Counted from the first letter of the stretch, positions 1 to 13,240 are shown. The stretch is DNA of 64,000 nt from Macrostomum hystrix (GCA_950097015.1 CATNEN010000012.1:3472001-3536000); one strand, 5' to 3'. Notes: a model not told the origin generated them from the sequence alone. Numbers and translations are program-made.

Positions 1-66
1 GTATATAAAATACTCGAATCTGCTAAAATAACAGTCGATTTACAGCAGCATCAGCTGCTCATCTAT

Positions 67-156
67 TTAAGATACGCTGCACTTCTTGTCATCCTTCACG
101 TTGCCCATTGACTTCTCCACCTGAAGCAGGCAGCGCTCGAACACCGCGTCAACATT
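67..156 (-). CDS. Rheb: Rheb-like small GTPase, exon 3/3 (NVDAVFERCLLQVEKSMGNVKDDKKCSVS*)
   Basis: Acceptor ttacctgcAG at 158-157 (minus). The translation resembles the Rheb C-terminus (human ...VFRRIILEAEKMDGAASQGKSSCSVM) and ends in a CaaX-type CSVS, then TAA at 69-67. Confidence 0.88.
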   Translation of the reverse strand, partial: NVDAVFERCLLQVEKSMGNVKDDKKCSVS

Positions 157-210
157 CTGCAGGTAACGAAGTGGAGCAATTGTGTTAGGCCTACATGTAC
201 TGCTGAAACG

Positions 211-2755
211 CCTGATCACTACACACTGGATTATGAGCTGTGATGCCTGATCACTACACACTGGATTATCAGCTGTGATGCCTGATCACTACACACTGGA
301 CTATGAGCTGTGATGCCTGATCACTACACACTGGATTATGAGCTGTGATGCCTGATCACTACACACTGGATTATCAGCTGTGATGCCTGATCACTACACA
401 CTGGATTATCAGCTGTGATGCCTGATCACTACACACTGGATTATCAGCTGTGATGCCTGATCACTACACACTGGATTATGAGCTGTGATGCCTGATCACT
501 ACACACTGGGTTATGAGCTGTGATGCCTGATCACTACACACTGGATTATGAGCTGTGATGCCTGATCACTACACACTGGATTATGAGCTGTGATGCCTGA
601 TCACTACACACTGGATTATCAGCTGTGATGCCTGATCACTACACACTGGATTATCAGCTGTGATGCCTGATCACTACACACTGGATTATGAGCTGTGATG
701 CCTGATCACTACACACTGGATTATGAGCTGTGATGCCTGATCACTACACACTGGATTATGAGCTGTGATGCCTGATCACTACACACTGGATTATGAGCTG
801 TGATGCCTGATCACTACACACTGGATTATGAGCTGTGATGCCTGATCACTACACACTGGATTATCAGCTGTGATGCCTGATCACTACACACTGGACTATG
901 AGCTGTGATGCCTGATCACTACACACTGGATTATGAGCTGTGATGCCTGATCACTACATACTGGATTATCAGCTGTGATGCCTGATCACTACACACTGGA
1001 TTATGAGCTGTGATGCCTGATCACTACACACTGGATTATCAGCTGTGATGCCTGATCACTGCACACTGGATTATGAGCTGTGATGCCTGATCACTACACA
1101 CTGGATTATGAGCTGTGATGCCTGATCACTGCACACTGGATTATGAGCTGTGATGCCTGATCACTACACACTGGATTATCAGCTGTGATGCCTGATCACT
1201 ACACACTGGACTATGAGCTGTGATGCCTGATCACTACACACTGGATTATCAGCTGTGATGCCTGATCACTACACACTGGATTATGAGCTGTGATGCCTGA
1301 TCACTACACACTGGATTATCAGCTGTGATGCCTGATCACTACACACTGGATTATGAGCTGTGATGCCTGATCACTACACACTGGATTATGAGCTGTGATG
1401 CCTGATCACTACACACTGGATTATGAGCTGTGATGCCTGATCACTACACACTGGATTATGAGCTGTGATGCCTGATCACTACACACTGGATTATCAGCTG
1501 TGATGCCTGATCACTACACACTGGACTATGAGCTGTGATGCCTGATCACTACACACTGGATTATGAGCTGTGATGCCTGATCACTACACACTGGATTATG
1601 AGCTGTGATGCCTGATCACTACACACTGGATTATGAGCTGTGATGCCTGATCACTACACACTGGATTATCAGCTGTGATGCCTGATCACTACACACTGGA
1701 TTATCAGCTGTGATGCCTGATCACTACACACTGGATTATCAGCTGTGATGCCTGATCACTACACACTGGATTATCAGCTGTGATGCCTGATCACTACACA
1801 CTGGATTATGAGCTGTGATGCCTGATCACTACACACTGGATTATGAGCTGTGATGCCTGATCACTACACACTGGATTATCAGCTGTGATGCCTGATCACT
1901 ACACACTGGATTATCAGCTGTGATGCCTGATCACTACACACTGGATTATCAGCTGTGATGCCTGATCACTACACACTGGACTATGAGCTGTGATGCCTGA
2001 TCACTACACACTGGACTATGAGCTGTGATGCCTGATCACTACACACTGGACTATGAGCTGTGATGCCTGATCACTACACACTGGATTATCAGCTGTGATG
2101 CCTGATCACTACACACTGGATTATGAGCTGTGATGCCTGATCACTACACACTGGATTATCAGCTGTGATGCCTGATCACTACACACTGGATTATCAGCTG
2201 TGATGCCTGATCACTACACACTGGATTATGAGCTGTGATGCCTGATCACTACACACTGGATTATCAGCTGTGATGCCTGATCACTACACACTGGACTATG
2301 AGCTGTGATGCCTGATCACTACACACTGGATTATGAGCTGTGATGCCTGATCACTACACACTGGATTATGAGCTGTGATGCCTGATCACTACACACTGGA
2401 TTATCAGCTGTGATGCCTGATCACTACACACTGGATTATCAGCTGTGATGCCTGATCACTACACACTGGATTATGAGCTGTGATGCCTGATCACTACACA
2501 CTGGATTATCAGCTGTGATGCCTGATCACTACACACTGGATTATGAGCTGTGATGCCTGATCACTACACACTGGATTATCAGCTGTGATGCCTGATCACT
2601 ACACACTGGATTATCAGCTGTGATGCCTGATCACTACACACTGGATTATGAGCTGTGATGCCTGATCACTACACACTGGATTATGAGCTGTGATGCCTGA
2701 TCACTACACACTGGACTATGAGCTGTGATGCCTGATCACTGCACACTGGATTATA
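211..2755. repeat. 35-bp minisatellite (CCTGATCACTACACACTGGATTATGAGCTGTGATG), ~72 copies, in Rheb intron 2
   Basis: Near-perfect tandem units with only G/C and T/C variant sites; no spacers. Confidence 0.97.
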
Positions 2756-2819
2756 TACTGAAATACTGGAATATAGATGATCCTGCAGGGTTAGTTAGAC
2801 TACAGATAACCCGGGAGTG

Positions 2820-3420
2820 GGTAGACTAGTCAATAGATAATCAGTGAGGGGCAAGACTAGACTATAGATAATCAGTGAGGGGCAAGACTAGACCATAGAT
2901 AATCAGTGAGGGGCAAGACTAGTCAATAGATAATCAGTGAGGGGCAAGACTAGACCATAGATAATCAGTGAGGGGCAAGACTAGTCAATAGATAATCAGT
3001 GAGGGGCAAAACTAGACCATAGATAATCAGTGAGGGGCAAGACTAGACCATAGATAATCAGTGAGGGGCAAGACTAGTCAATAGATAATCAGTGAGGGGC
3101 AAGACTAGACCATAGATAATCAGTGAGGGGCAAGACTAGACCATAGATAATCAGTGAGGGGCAAGACTAGTCAATAGATAATCAGTGAGGGGCAAGACTA
3201 GACCATAGATAATCAGTGAGGGGCAAGACTAGACCATAGATAATCAGTGAGGGGCAAGACTAGACTATCGATAATCCGTGATGGGTTAGACTAGCTTATC
3301 GATAATCTTTAATGGGTTAGACTAGCTTATAGATAATCCTTAATGGGTTAGACTAGCTTATAGATAATCCATGAGGGGTTAGACTACGAGTAGACTATAG
3401 ATGATCTGGGAGGGTTTAGT
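2820..3420. repeat. 31-bp minisatellite (GACTAGACCATAGATAATCAGTGAGGGGCAA), decaying at its right end, in Rheb intron 2
   Basis: GCAAG recurs at 2851, 2882, etc. (period 31); ~14 good copies, then degenerate copies. Confidence 0.93.
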
Positions 3421-3523
3421 CTATAGATTATACAGGAGGGTGTTTAATGTGCACAAGCATATCATTCCAAGCAATATGATAATTTGATAAACAATACAAA
3501 GCACTAAACTAGCCCTGACTTGC

Positions 3524-3933
3524 CTGATTGCACTTGGCCGATGCGAACACAACCGGGCAGCCCCACTCGCCTGCCAGTTTAGTTACCTCCTCAGGCGACA
3601 CCTGGCATTCGTCAGTTAAATCTACTTTGTTGCCAACCAGCACCATTGGAAGGTTCTTATAGCCGGTACTCTCAACCAGGTTGTTTCTGGTAACACGCAG
3701 CTGCTCAAGTGACTTTCGGCTGGCCATGGAGAATACCAGAACCCAGCCATCGACATTCAGCATTGAGCTGGAGGAGCCAGGCGAACCAGACTCCTGCCCG
3801 GCTGTGTCAGCAATCTCCAGGTGATAGGACTGGCCCAAAAGTGTCACATCCTTGCTCATCTTGTCGTCAAGGGTTGGCATGTAATCATCGTAGAATGTAT
3901 TCTGGGTGAATCGCATGCTGAGGCTGCTCTTGC
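3524..3933 (-). CDS. Rheb: Rheb-like small GTPase, exon 2/3
   Basis: Acceptor tcatAG at 3935-3934 gives (G)KSSLSMRF. Contains G2 YMPT, G3 DTAGQ, G4 NKVD and G5 SAK. Ends CAG|GCAAGT, a GC donor in phase 0 with exon 3. Confidence 0.9.
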
Positions 3934-5353
3934 CTATGATAGCAATTGGGATTTAGGCTTAGTTTTTGTGCTAAGGGTAACTAAGTCACAAACTATCAAT
4001 TAGTCAATCAACCTTCCTATGCCAGTTTTCTAACTCTGTTCTATTGTTTATATTAAAAAGGCAAACTTTGTGCAACAAAATACACTGATTGTAGCAAGAC
4101 TGAAAATCTATTAGTTTGTATAAAATAAACAAACAATATGTAAAAATATTGGTATTTTGTCATTTTAACAATGCTTAAAAAGCTTGGTCATATAAAAGGT
4201 TTGAAAGAACTATGTATCACTATTTGTATAGAAGTTCTTACTGGGTCTTACACTATTTGGATTGTCATAAATACTGAAGACAGATTTCTTTGTTAAAACA
4301 AAATAAAAAGAAAATAAATGATAATAATAACAGCTAATAATTTATTCTTTACTGTAGATCATAAACTCTATATATATGAAATACCTATGTAGAACTCACA
4401 TGGTGTAACCTATTCATATTTATTGTAACAGGGCTTATGACTCTACTTTTCTCTCTCTTGGTAGCGTATCTCTTGGCACAAGCGGCTTATCCTTCTAAGG
4501 CACTGGTCTCTTATTCTCCAGTCTTTGCTGGGCGTTTTCCGTGGATCAGAGGGTCACAGCCTCAAATAACCAACTCAACACTTGAACACTTTCTTACTCA
4601 GTTATAGCTTATTTGCTTTTCGCCACACTGGCATGTTGCTTTGTTTCATAGGAATTGCACTCGTTTATATACACAAAAAAGTTTGTTAAAATGAATGAAT
4701 TTGACATAATATTTATAATATTTTGCATATAAAAAGTATTTAGCACATTAAAACAAAGAGCATAGGTATGAAATTGACTTAAAAAAAAATTATAAAAGCA
4801 TCCCTACTACATTTTGAATGAACAAAGCTAGTTTCTTTATACATATATATATATAAATAACTAACACAATAAGTTTGTTTAGCTAATTTACTACAAAAAT
4901 TATAATATCTTTGCATAGAGACAAATCAATTTTAACAATTTAATTCAATAATGTGGACATTAAAATATTTATAGTATAGGTATGCATTTTATATTTGTAT
5001 ATAAACTTTTGTTTAAAATATCATGCCAAAAATATTATTTTATGTTTGAAGAACAAATAAAAACATAGTAAGTTGAGTTTTTATTTGATTCTACGTTAGC
5101 TAATTAGCAATTCACAATAATAGCTAGTCTAAAGTTATTGTTACACTCAGACAAAGACTAGCAAATTAGCAATTATAATTAGCACACAAGAATATAGTTT
5201 TGGAATTAAATATAAATGCCTAACTAAAACACATATTATGCCTAATAATATAGACAATAAGATTATGAAAAATAACACAATAAAGTGGCCTTGTTTAGGC
5301 ATAAAAATATTAGAGCAGGAAAAATGTTTCAGAGGCTTTAAAAAATTACTTAC

Positions 5354-5402
5354 CAACAGATCTACAACCCAGGACAGCAATCCTTCTACTTTTTGATGCC
5401 AT
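5354..5402 (-). CDS. Rheb: Rheb-like small GTPase, exon 1/3 (MASKSRRIAVLGCRSVG)
   Basis: ATG at 5402-5400. The translation matches the Rheb N-terminus (human MPQSKSRKIAILGYRSVGKS), including the Rheb-specific Arg at the Ras-G12 position. Donor G|GTAAGT is phase 1 and completes GKS with exon 2; total 182 aa. Confidence 0.9.
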
Positions 5403-7607
5403 TCCTATTGTTAATATTAATAATAATAGGTTCAATAAGAATTGCTTTCGTCTTGATATCAATCAATGAAGAAAGAACAAGTAATAATAAGTTCTTTCTT
5501 AGACTAGAAATGAACCTTATTGCTTGCAGTTAGACCAACCCAGAATTAATTCTTTAATAAAATTCTAAACTTTGTTCTTTAATAAGCTCTAAGCGGTATT
5601 TTGCTATTCAATAAAATAGCTAAAATAACAGTAACTTAGACACACTTCTACTCAACACTGCTAACAACTTAGCATTAAATTCAATTTAACCAGGGTAATA
5701 GACCAAATAATTTACAAGCGATGTTAATAGTAGCCAAGGTCAAGGATGAGTGATTACCTGCTTTAGCTTAAATATGATGATAGTCAATGATAGATGAGAT
5801 AAGATAAGATATAAGATAGATAGATTATTTGTAAAACTAAGACTTGCCTTACGACACAGGCCCAAATTCTAACTCTAAGGATATTTAATATTTGTTTAGC
5901 ACATAAGCATGTGCTCCAGGCATGCAATTCTACATGCGATTCTACTTGACAATCAGCTATATCTAATCACTATCGATTCGAATCTCGTGATCCAATTGTA
6001 CGTAATTGTAAAACAGAATATAATTACCATTCATGTTGCAATATATTTTTACACAAGAAAATAGCTGAATAGCATTGCAATTACTTTAAAGCCTGTTTAT
6101 CGCGTAGGTTTTGTTATTCATACATGTTACGTGTTACATGTAATATTCACAAATCTTACGGAATCATGCTTCGAGACATTTGGACATCGTTGAGAATCAA
6201 TCGTGCTTTTAATTGCCTTAATTATATTTTATTGATTGCTTGTCAGCAGTTTAGTTTACCATCGCTTGCTTGTAGCCAAAGGTGTTATACTTTTCTACTT
6301 TTATTTTGTTAATTACAATATTAATTACAATGTTTTTTATACTTAATATGGTTAATTACATTACAAATATTAAGCTGTCTTTAGAACTTTAGGAGTCACA
6401 TATAGACTCTGCAACAGACATTAAACTGTTTCTTGCGATAAGAAACGTTAATGCTGCGAATTAACGCATGGCGACCGTAAATAACTTGATTATAGCCCCC
6501 ATTCAAATGGTGCCCGTGCTAGTGCATGTGCTTCACTGCAATTATAGAAGCCCAAATTGAAACGACTGTTTGGCCTACTAATTGTTCTCTGTAGTAGCTT
6601 TTGCAAGATTGCGCATAATTTTTGCTAGCTGTCACAGTAAATTTGTATATCTGTTATGCAAACGGCACTATAAGCAAGTGTGGGAATTCTACTTCCTTTT
6701 TTTTGTGAACTAAAAATCCATGAAACGGAGTCTTGTCATGCAAAAGTAATATCGTTTGACTTTTCATCAGTAATAGTGACATAATGACATAATGACATAA
6801 TGGCAAACGCAGCGAGGGCAGCATCAAAGAAATCAGTTCTAAAACTAACTGAAGCAATCATGTGGACACTATAGGGCCTTGATCCACACCCCATGAAATA
6901 TATAGGTCCCCTAGATGGAGAAAGGTCGGCACATAAATAATCTTAGATTTTACTTATGCCGAACGGGCTAAGAATCAATGGATTATGCATTAGTAACATT
7001 TGATTATTCTCTAAGCCGCTGCTGGATCCCAAACAGTATGATAAGCTGCCAGCGCACTCGGTACTGCATGGCTGGGAAAAAATCGTTCTTTGTGCACAAA
7101 ATTTAGCATATAAATCGCTGCGGTGAACACTGTGACATAGAAATGCGACTGCTGACATGGCAGACTTATAGAGGCTTGTTTGATGCACCGTGATATGCAC
7201 TTTGATGCACTATTGCCTGCGGAAAACTTCTCCTCGATATAGGAAACAGTGATTGATGATTAATTGATCTTTTATGATTATTTTATGATTTTTGGTCATG
7301 GATGGTGATTGACAGTACGATATTTGTAATAAAATGGCAGTGATTAGGGCTAATTTTAATGAAGCAGGTTGTTGTCTTTGAAGGGAAATAAATTGTCATT
7401 CCATATTGCTGGTTGTTAGTGTTTTTTGTTGATTGATGATGATTTTAGTTCGATTTGCGTTTCGTTGCTTTTGCCAATTTTGCCAATTGACTTGTCTATT
7501 AGTTAAGGCAACTTTAGTTTACTGCATAATGATAATTGGAATAATGATGCTGCAGACAACTACTACGAAGTACGCTCGTATGTTCAAATCAACATCTTTT
7601 GGGTTGC

Positions 7608-9210
7608 AGCATCCCAAACATTCACTGGAGCATCCCACAACCCTTCACTGCAGCATCCCACAACCCTTCACTGCAGCATCCCACAACCCTTCACTGCAGC
7701 ATCCCACAACCCTTCAATGCAGCATCCCACAACCCTTCACTGCAGCATCCCACAACCCTTCACTGCAGCATCCCACAACCCTTCACTGCAGCATCCCACA
7801 ACCCTTCACTGCAGCATCCCACAACCCTTCACTGCAGCATCCCACAACCCTTCACTGAAGCATCCCACAACCCTTCACTGCAGCATCCCACAACCCTTCA
7901 CTGCAGCATCCCACAACCCTTCACTGCAGCATCCCACAACCCATCACTGCAGCATCCCACAACCCTTCAATGCAGCATCCCACAACCCATCACTGCAGCA
8001 TCCCACAACCCATCACTGCAGCATCCCACAACCCTTCACTGCAGCATCCCACAACCCTTCACTGAAGCATCCCACAACCCTCCACTGCAGCATCCCACAG
8101 CCCTTCACTGCAGCATTCCAAACCTTCACTGCAGCATCCCACAACCCTTCACTGCAGCATCCCACAACCCTTCACTGCAGCATCCCACAACCCTTCAATG
8201 CAGCATCCCACAACCCTTCACTGCAGCATCCCACAACCCTTCACTGCAGCATCCCACAACCCATCAATGCAGCATCCCACAACCCTTCACTGCAGCATCC
8301 CACAACCCTTCACTGCAGCATTCCAAACCTTCACTGCAGCATCCCACAACCCTTCACTGCAGCATCCCACAACCCTTCACTGAAGCATCCCACAACCCTC
8401 CACTGCAGCATCCCACAGCCCTTCACTGCAGCATTCCAAACCTTTACTGCAGCATCCCACAACCCTTCACTGCAGCATTCCAAACCTTCATTGCAGCATC
8501 CCACAACCCTTCACTGCAGCATTCCAAACCTTCATTGCAGCATCCCACAACCCTCCACTGCAGCATTCCAAACCTTCATTGCAGCATCCCACAGCCCTTC
8601 ATTGCAGTGTCCCACAGCCCTTCACTGCAGTGTCCCACAGCCCTTCACTGCAGCATCCCACAACCCTTCACTGCAGCATCCCACAACCCTTCACTGCAGC
8701 ATCCCACAACCCTTCACTGCAGCATCCCACAACCCTTCACTGCAGCATCCCACAACCCATCACTGCAGCATCCCACAACCCATCACTGCAGCATCCCACA
8801 ACCCTCCACTGCAGCATTCCAAACCTTCACTGCAGCATCCCACAACCCATCACTGCAGCATCCCACAACCCATCACTGCAGCATCCCACAACCCTCCACT
8901 GCAGCATTCCAAACCTTCATTGCAGCATCCCACAGCCCTTCATTGCAGTGTCCCACAACCCATCACTGACGCATCCCACAACCCATCAATGCAGCATCCC
9001 ACAACCCATCACTGCAGCATCCCACAACCCTTCACTGCAGCATCCCACAACCCATCACTGCAGCATCCCACAACCCATCACTGCAGCATCCCACAACCCA
9101 TCACTGCAGCATCCCACAACCCTTCACTGCAGCATCCCACAACCCTTTACTGCAGCATCCCACAGCCCTTCACTGCAGCATCCCACAGCCCTTCACTGCA
9201 GTGTCCCACA
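7608..9210. repeat. 23-bp minisatellite (CCCTTCACTGCAGCATCCCACAA) with 20-bp variant units
   Basis: Tandem units. The 23-aa periodicity in three + frames equals 3 x 23 nt. Confidence 0.96.
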
Positions 9211-9883
9211 ATGATTCAACGAAGGCTTTGGTATTGTTTATTGACAAAGGAAAGCTTTAGAAGCTATACGGATTAAGTCTATTTACGATTATAAAGAAAT
9301 TTTTAAAAATGATTTGCACGCTAAACCTGTCGGTCGCGCCTCTTCTTTTATGGAGATGGGTAGTTTCGCTTTATTAATATAATGATTTATGAATTACAGT
9401 AGTAGATAGCTGATTCCGAGCTGAATAGTGCAGTGCTATTCAACCGAATATCTCTCATTTGAAGGGTTGAAGCCAATTCTATAAAGCCATGGATACAAGT
9501 GTTAACAGAGATAGTTGAGACACTGTGGAATTCAAATGTTGTTATTATAATAATTAACAATCGCGCGAAATAGGAAGCGGCACAATTCGTAAGAGCAATT
9601 GTAAGTTAATTAGGACAGAAATACAAAGGAATCGAGGATTACTCAAAGACGGCGATCCTATACAATAATCGGATGAAAATGATGACAATGCTATAGATGC
9701 GATATACACGAAAAGAGATCGCTTCTCGACCGCTCCGCTGACCGGAGATTAACGGCTGAAGTGGCAGACTATGCTTAGCTTTTGAATAAAAAAGCGAAAG
9801 AAAAAATTTGCTTTTAGCTGAAGCGTTAGCCAAGAAGCAAAACGATACAAACGTCTGACGCATGATTTGTTCTAAACTGGTCA

Positions 9884-11716
9884 TCAGAACTCTGACACAT
9901 TCAGGTGAGTGTCCGCATCTTCTTCGTTTCCGCAGCGAGTCTCGCACGCCGATGCCCTCAACGACTTGGCCTTCTCAGCCGCCCTGGTCTGGCCGCGGCC
10001 ATTCCAGGCCTCCAGGCAGATGTTGTGCATCAGCTCGAGCAGCTCGCACAGGGTCAGCATGCTGCAGCCGATGTAGAAGCCCAACAGGCCGCCCGTGTCA
10101 GCTAGCAGGGAGGTCAGTGAGTAAGCTGGCACCATCAGGATGCGGGGGCTCATGGCGCTCTCGGACCGAATCACCACCTTCAGCATGCTCTCCGACAGGT
10201 AGGCTCGGAACAGGTTCTCCAGGTGATTTGAATCATTTTCTTGTAAAGGAAATAGGTTGGTTTTGGAATGGAAAGATGCTTTTTGTGTCAATCGGTAGTA
10301 GCTCGTATTTAAAGAATTTAAGATTTCAAAAGAGCTTTCAAACTCCATCATACTTGACAGCTCGCTGGCCATGTCTAGCAGAAACTTCCAGGCTGGCAGG
10401 TGATTGCCATGCTGCCGCACCTCGTGCTGGTACTGATTTCGCAGGAAGACGTCAACAAATCTAATAGCGGAGCCGTAGCTCGGCCAGTTGCCAAACGAGT
10501 ACGACCGACTGTAGTGCCGGCTGCTGCAGCGGTGCTCCGTTTTGCACAGCTTCTTGGCCTCGGTCAGAACTCGCAAGTTTTGCTCCTCGTAGGCGTGATC
10601 AAAGCTGGGGTCAATGATCACACGCTTATTGGTGAGGTTGTAGCAGGAGGGCACGTGCCTCAGCAGCCACGGCTTTGGAATCTTTGGTAGCGAGCAGTTG
10701 TAGAGTTGGTACAGCAGTCGAGTGACCTGGTAGTTAAAGCAATAGTCTCCAGTGTAATCAAACTCATCAGAGCCGCCAGTGTAGGGGTTGTAGTACTGAA
10801 TGCGCTGCACATCGCGATGACATTTTCGGCCCACCAGTTCTGGACTAAAGTCGCGTTCGTCCATTTCCAGCTTGATCTGATAGCCCCTGCCGGGAGCCAG
10901 CATGAAATTGGTCAGACCAATCGACGGGTAGGTGTTCGGCGGTGCCACAATTAAATTAACGGCGTTGGTCTTCTCCACGGAAGTACCGAACACTGGACTC
11001 CATTCAAAGACATCGTAGCTCGCGTTTGGCATCTCCTGGCTGGATATGACCGATATCGGGTGTTCCAGGGGATGGAAGTGTGCGAAGTACGGGTCCAGGT
11101 TAATGTAGAGGTACATGGCAAAGTCATCAGACCGCAGCTGCTCTCGCACCGACTGTTCCATTTGAATTTTGAAACAGTTAACAAACTGCGGATGGTGAAA
11201 TGTCACGAGCTGCAGGTCCACAAAGCGATAATCGCTCTTGATGAAGGCTCGAACGTTGAATTGCTCGGCTCGATGGCCGAGTTTGTCCGCAAACAGACGG
11301 TAGGGCATGCTGTGGATTATGTTCAGTGCGTAGAACGAGTCGCACTTCGTCAGCTCCCGCCTGTGCTCGTAGCGCTGATGAAACAGCCTCTTTGAGCGCC
11401 GCTTGAAGTGCTCAATCTCTGCCACCTCCTCGCGGCTGAGTGTCAGCGGATAACTGCCCGAGATTGGATTCTCAGGGCACAGGTAGAGGTCTGGCCATTG
11501 AAACTCCACGCTGTCTGGCTCCAGGAATTTGGCCACATCGTCACGTAGTAGCTTCTGAACGAAGACCACTGCGTTTTTAGTGAACAATGCAAGAAAGCCG
11601 AGGAACAGCAGCAGCCAGGTGACTTTCACGTAGCGCTGACGGGCGCCGACCAGACGGGACACGCCGTGAGCCGTGGATTCCGCCAGGGCTCGATCAATAA
11701 GACCTTCGCGCACCAT
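9884..11716 (-). CDS. DEG/ENaC (amiloride-sensitive Na+ channel / ASIC-FaNaC superfamily) subunit, intronless, 610 aa
   Basis: Pre-TM1 HG motif (STAHGVSR), TM1 (VTWLLLFLGFLALF), large Cys-containing ectodomain, and TM2 LLADTGGLLGFYIGCSMLTLCELLE with a GxS filter. One uninterrupted ORF. Confidence 0.93.
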   Translation of the reverse strand: MVREGLIDRALAESTAHGVSRLVGARQRYVKVTWLLLFLGFLALFTKNAVVFVQKLLRDDVAKFLEPDSVEFQWPDLYLCPENPISGSYPLTLSREEVAEIEHFKRRSKRLFHQRYEHRRELTKCDSFYALNIIHSMPYRLFADKLGHRAEQFNVRAFIKSDYRFVDLQLVTFHHPQFVNCFKIQMEQSVREQLRSDDFAMYLYINLDPYFAHFHPLEHPISVISSQEMPNASYDVFEWSPVFGTSVEKTNAVNLIVAPPNTYPSIGLTNFMLAPGRGYQIKLEMDERDFSPELVGRKCHRDVQRIQYYNPYTGGSDEFDYTGDYCFNYQVTRLLYQLYNCSLPKIPKPWLLRHVPSCYNLTNKRVIIDPSFDHAYEEQNLRVLTEAKKLCKTEHRCSSRHYSRSYSFGNWPSYGSAIRFVDVFLRNQYQHEVRQHGNHLPAWKFLLDMASELSSMMEFESSFEILNSLNTSYYRLTQKASFHSKTNLFPLQENDSNHLENLFRAYLSESMLKVVIRSESAMSPRILMVPAYSLTSLLADTGGLLGFYIGCSMLTLCELLELMHNICLEAWNGRGQTRAAEKAKSLRASACETRCGNEEDADTHLNVSEF

Positions 11717-12849
11717 ACGGCAGCTTGAAGAGTGCGTGCGTCTCTGGAGTTCTGTAGTTTATAGAGGTGCTGGGGAAAACCGTCTGGGCAAAGCTTGACG
11801 CGGCTTTTTATGCGCACAACTCTGACATCGCCTCCTCTCTGCCTACAAAGAAAGGAATGAAAACCTGTCATTGGACAGCAGTATTGGAGCCGGTACAGCC
11901 ATTGCCAATAATTCTGGAGGCTCCACTCCACAAGCATTTACTGGGCTTAGTCTCAATTGCATCCCTGATCCACCAGTCTGGCCCAGTCCTAAAATATACC
12001 TATACTAAAACAACTAAGGTTCTGGAAGCCTGTGATTTTGAATTGCGGTATCGCTTGAAAGTGGTTTCGCAAATCATATATCAAATCATGCAGGCAACAA
12101 TGCAAAAAAATTGTAAAAAACAGTTTCTAGACATCTAAAGTAAAATAATTCTCGAATTTATTGACAAGACAAGCACATCTTATCTCGGTCTCGTTTGTCC
12201 GAAAAAATTGGCAACGAGGAGCGAAGCGAGCTTCGACCTAACTAGAGTCTTCCAAATGATTAGAGAGTCCACCAAGCGATGTGACAGTCTAAACAGTCTA
12301 ACTGATAAGTCTGTTGAATTGTTACTTAAATTACGTATCGTGTAATATTTGATGCAATTTGTCGCCAATTCGTAGTAAAAATTGACCTTCGTCGTAGCTT
12401 GATACACTGGATGGGAAATTTCTGTTGGCTGGCGAAATAGGGAAATTTCCAGACCAAGCGAGGAAAAAAACAGCTAAGCGAAGCGTGCTCAAACAAAAAA
12501 TGCGGTTCACTATAGTACAAGTGTAGATTGACTCCGGTAAAACAATGAGTGCAAAAGGCGAAAAGCTAAAAATGCGTCATTTTTTTCCTGTGAAAAGCCG
12601 GACCGCTAATGGACGAAGCGGGTGCTACTGAATTTAATCCTATTGCCGCGACCGCAGTACTCGATTTTCAAACCCAAACTCAGTAGCTTCTGCATGCTTC
12701 ATTCGACGTACTTTCTGATGTAAGAAATACAGTTTTATAGTGCTTTCGTGAAAACAAACTGTCAAAACGAATATAGTATTTCACTATTTAAATTAAAATT
12801 GGGAAAAAAATTCCATTTATGCATGCTACTGCCAACCCTGCCAAGCGAT

Positions 12850-13240
12850 CAATCCAGCACATTGCTAGATCCATCCTACCAATCCAGCACATTGCTAGAT
12901 CCATCCCACCAATCCAGCACATTGCTAGATCCATCCCACCAATCCAGCACATTGCTAGATCCATCCTACCAATCCAGCACATTGCTAGATCCATCCTACC
13001 AATCCAACACATTGCTAGATCCATCCTACCAATCCAGCACATTGCTAGATCCATCCTACCAATCCAGCACATTGCTAGATCCATCCTACCAATCCAGCAC
13101 ATTGCTAGATCCATCCTACCAATCCAACACATTGCTAGATCCATCCTACCAATCCAGCACATTGCTAGATCCATCCTACCAATCCAGCACATTGCTAGAT
13201 CCATCCTACCAATCCAACACATTGCTAGATCCATCCTACC
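12850..13240. repeat. 30-bp minisatellite (AATCCAGCACATTGCTAGATCCATCCTACC), ~13 copies
   Basis: Direct tandem units; explains the ORFs at 12748, 12788 and 12819. Confidence 0.96.

Noticed and set aside
4000-5900. AT-rich block as a mitochondrial insertion (NUMT), and ORF 5147-5380 as a membrane protein
   Set aside because: No recognisable mitochondrial gene, rRNA or tRNA motif. The block is Rheb intron 1, exon 1 and upstream DNA, and the ORF is an off-frame overlap with Rheb exon 1.
7433-9276. ORFs of 141-519 aa (SHNPSLQHPTT repeats)
   Set aside because: Pure read-through of the 23-bp array in multiple frames.
9639-11395. Plus-strand and alternative-frame ORFs over the channel gene
   Set aside because: Shadows of the GC-rich DEG/ENaC CDS with no motifs of their own.
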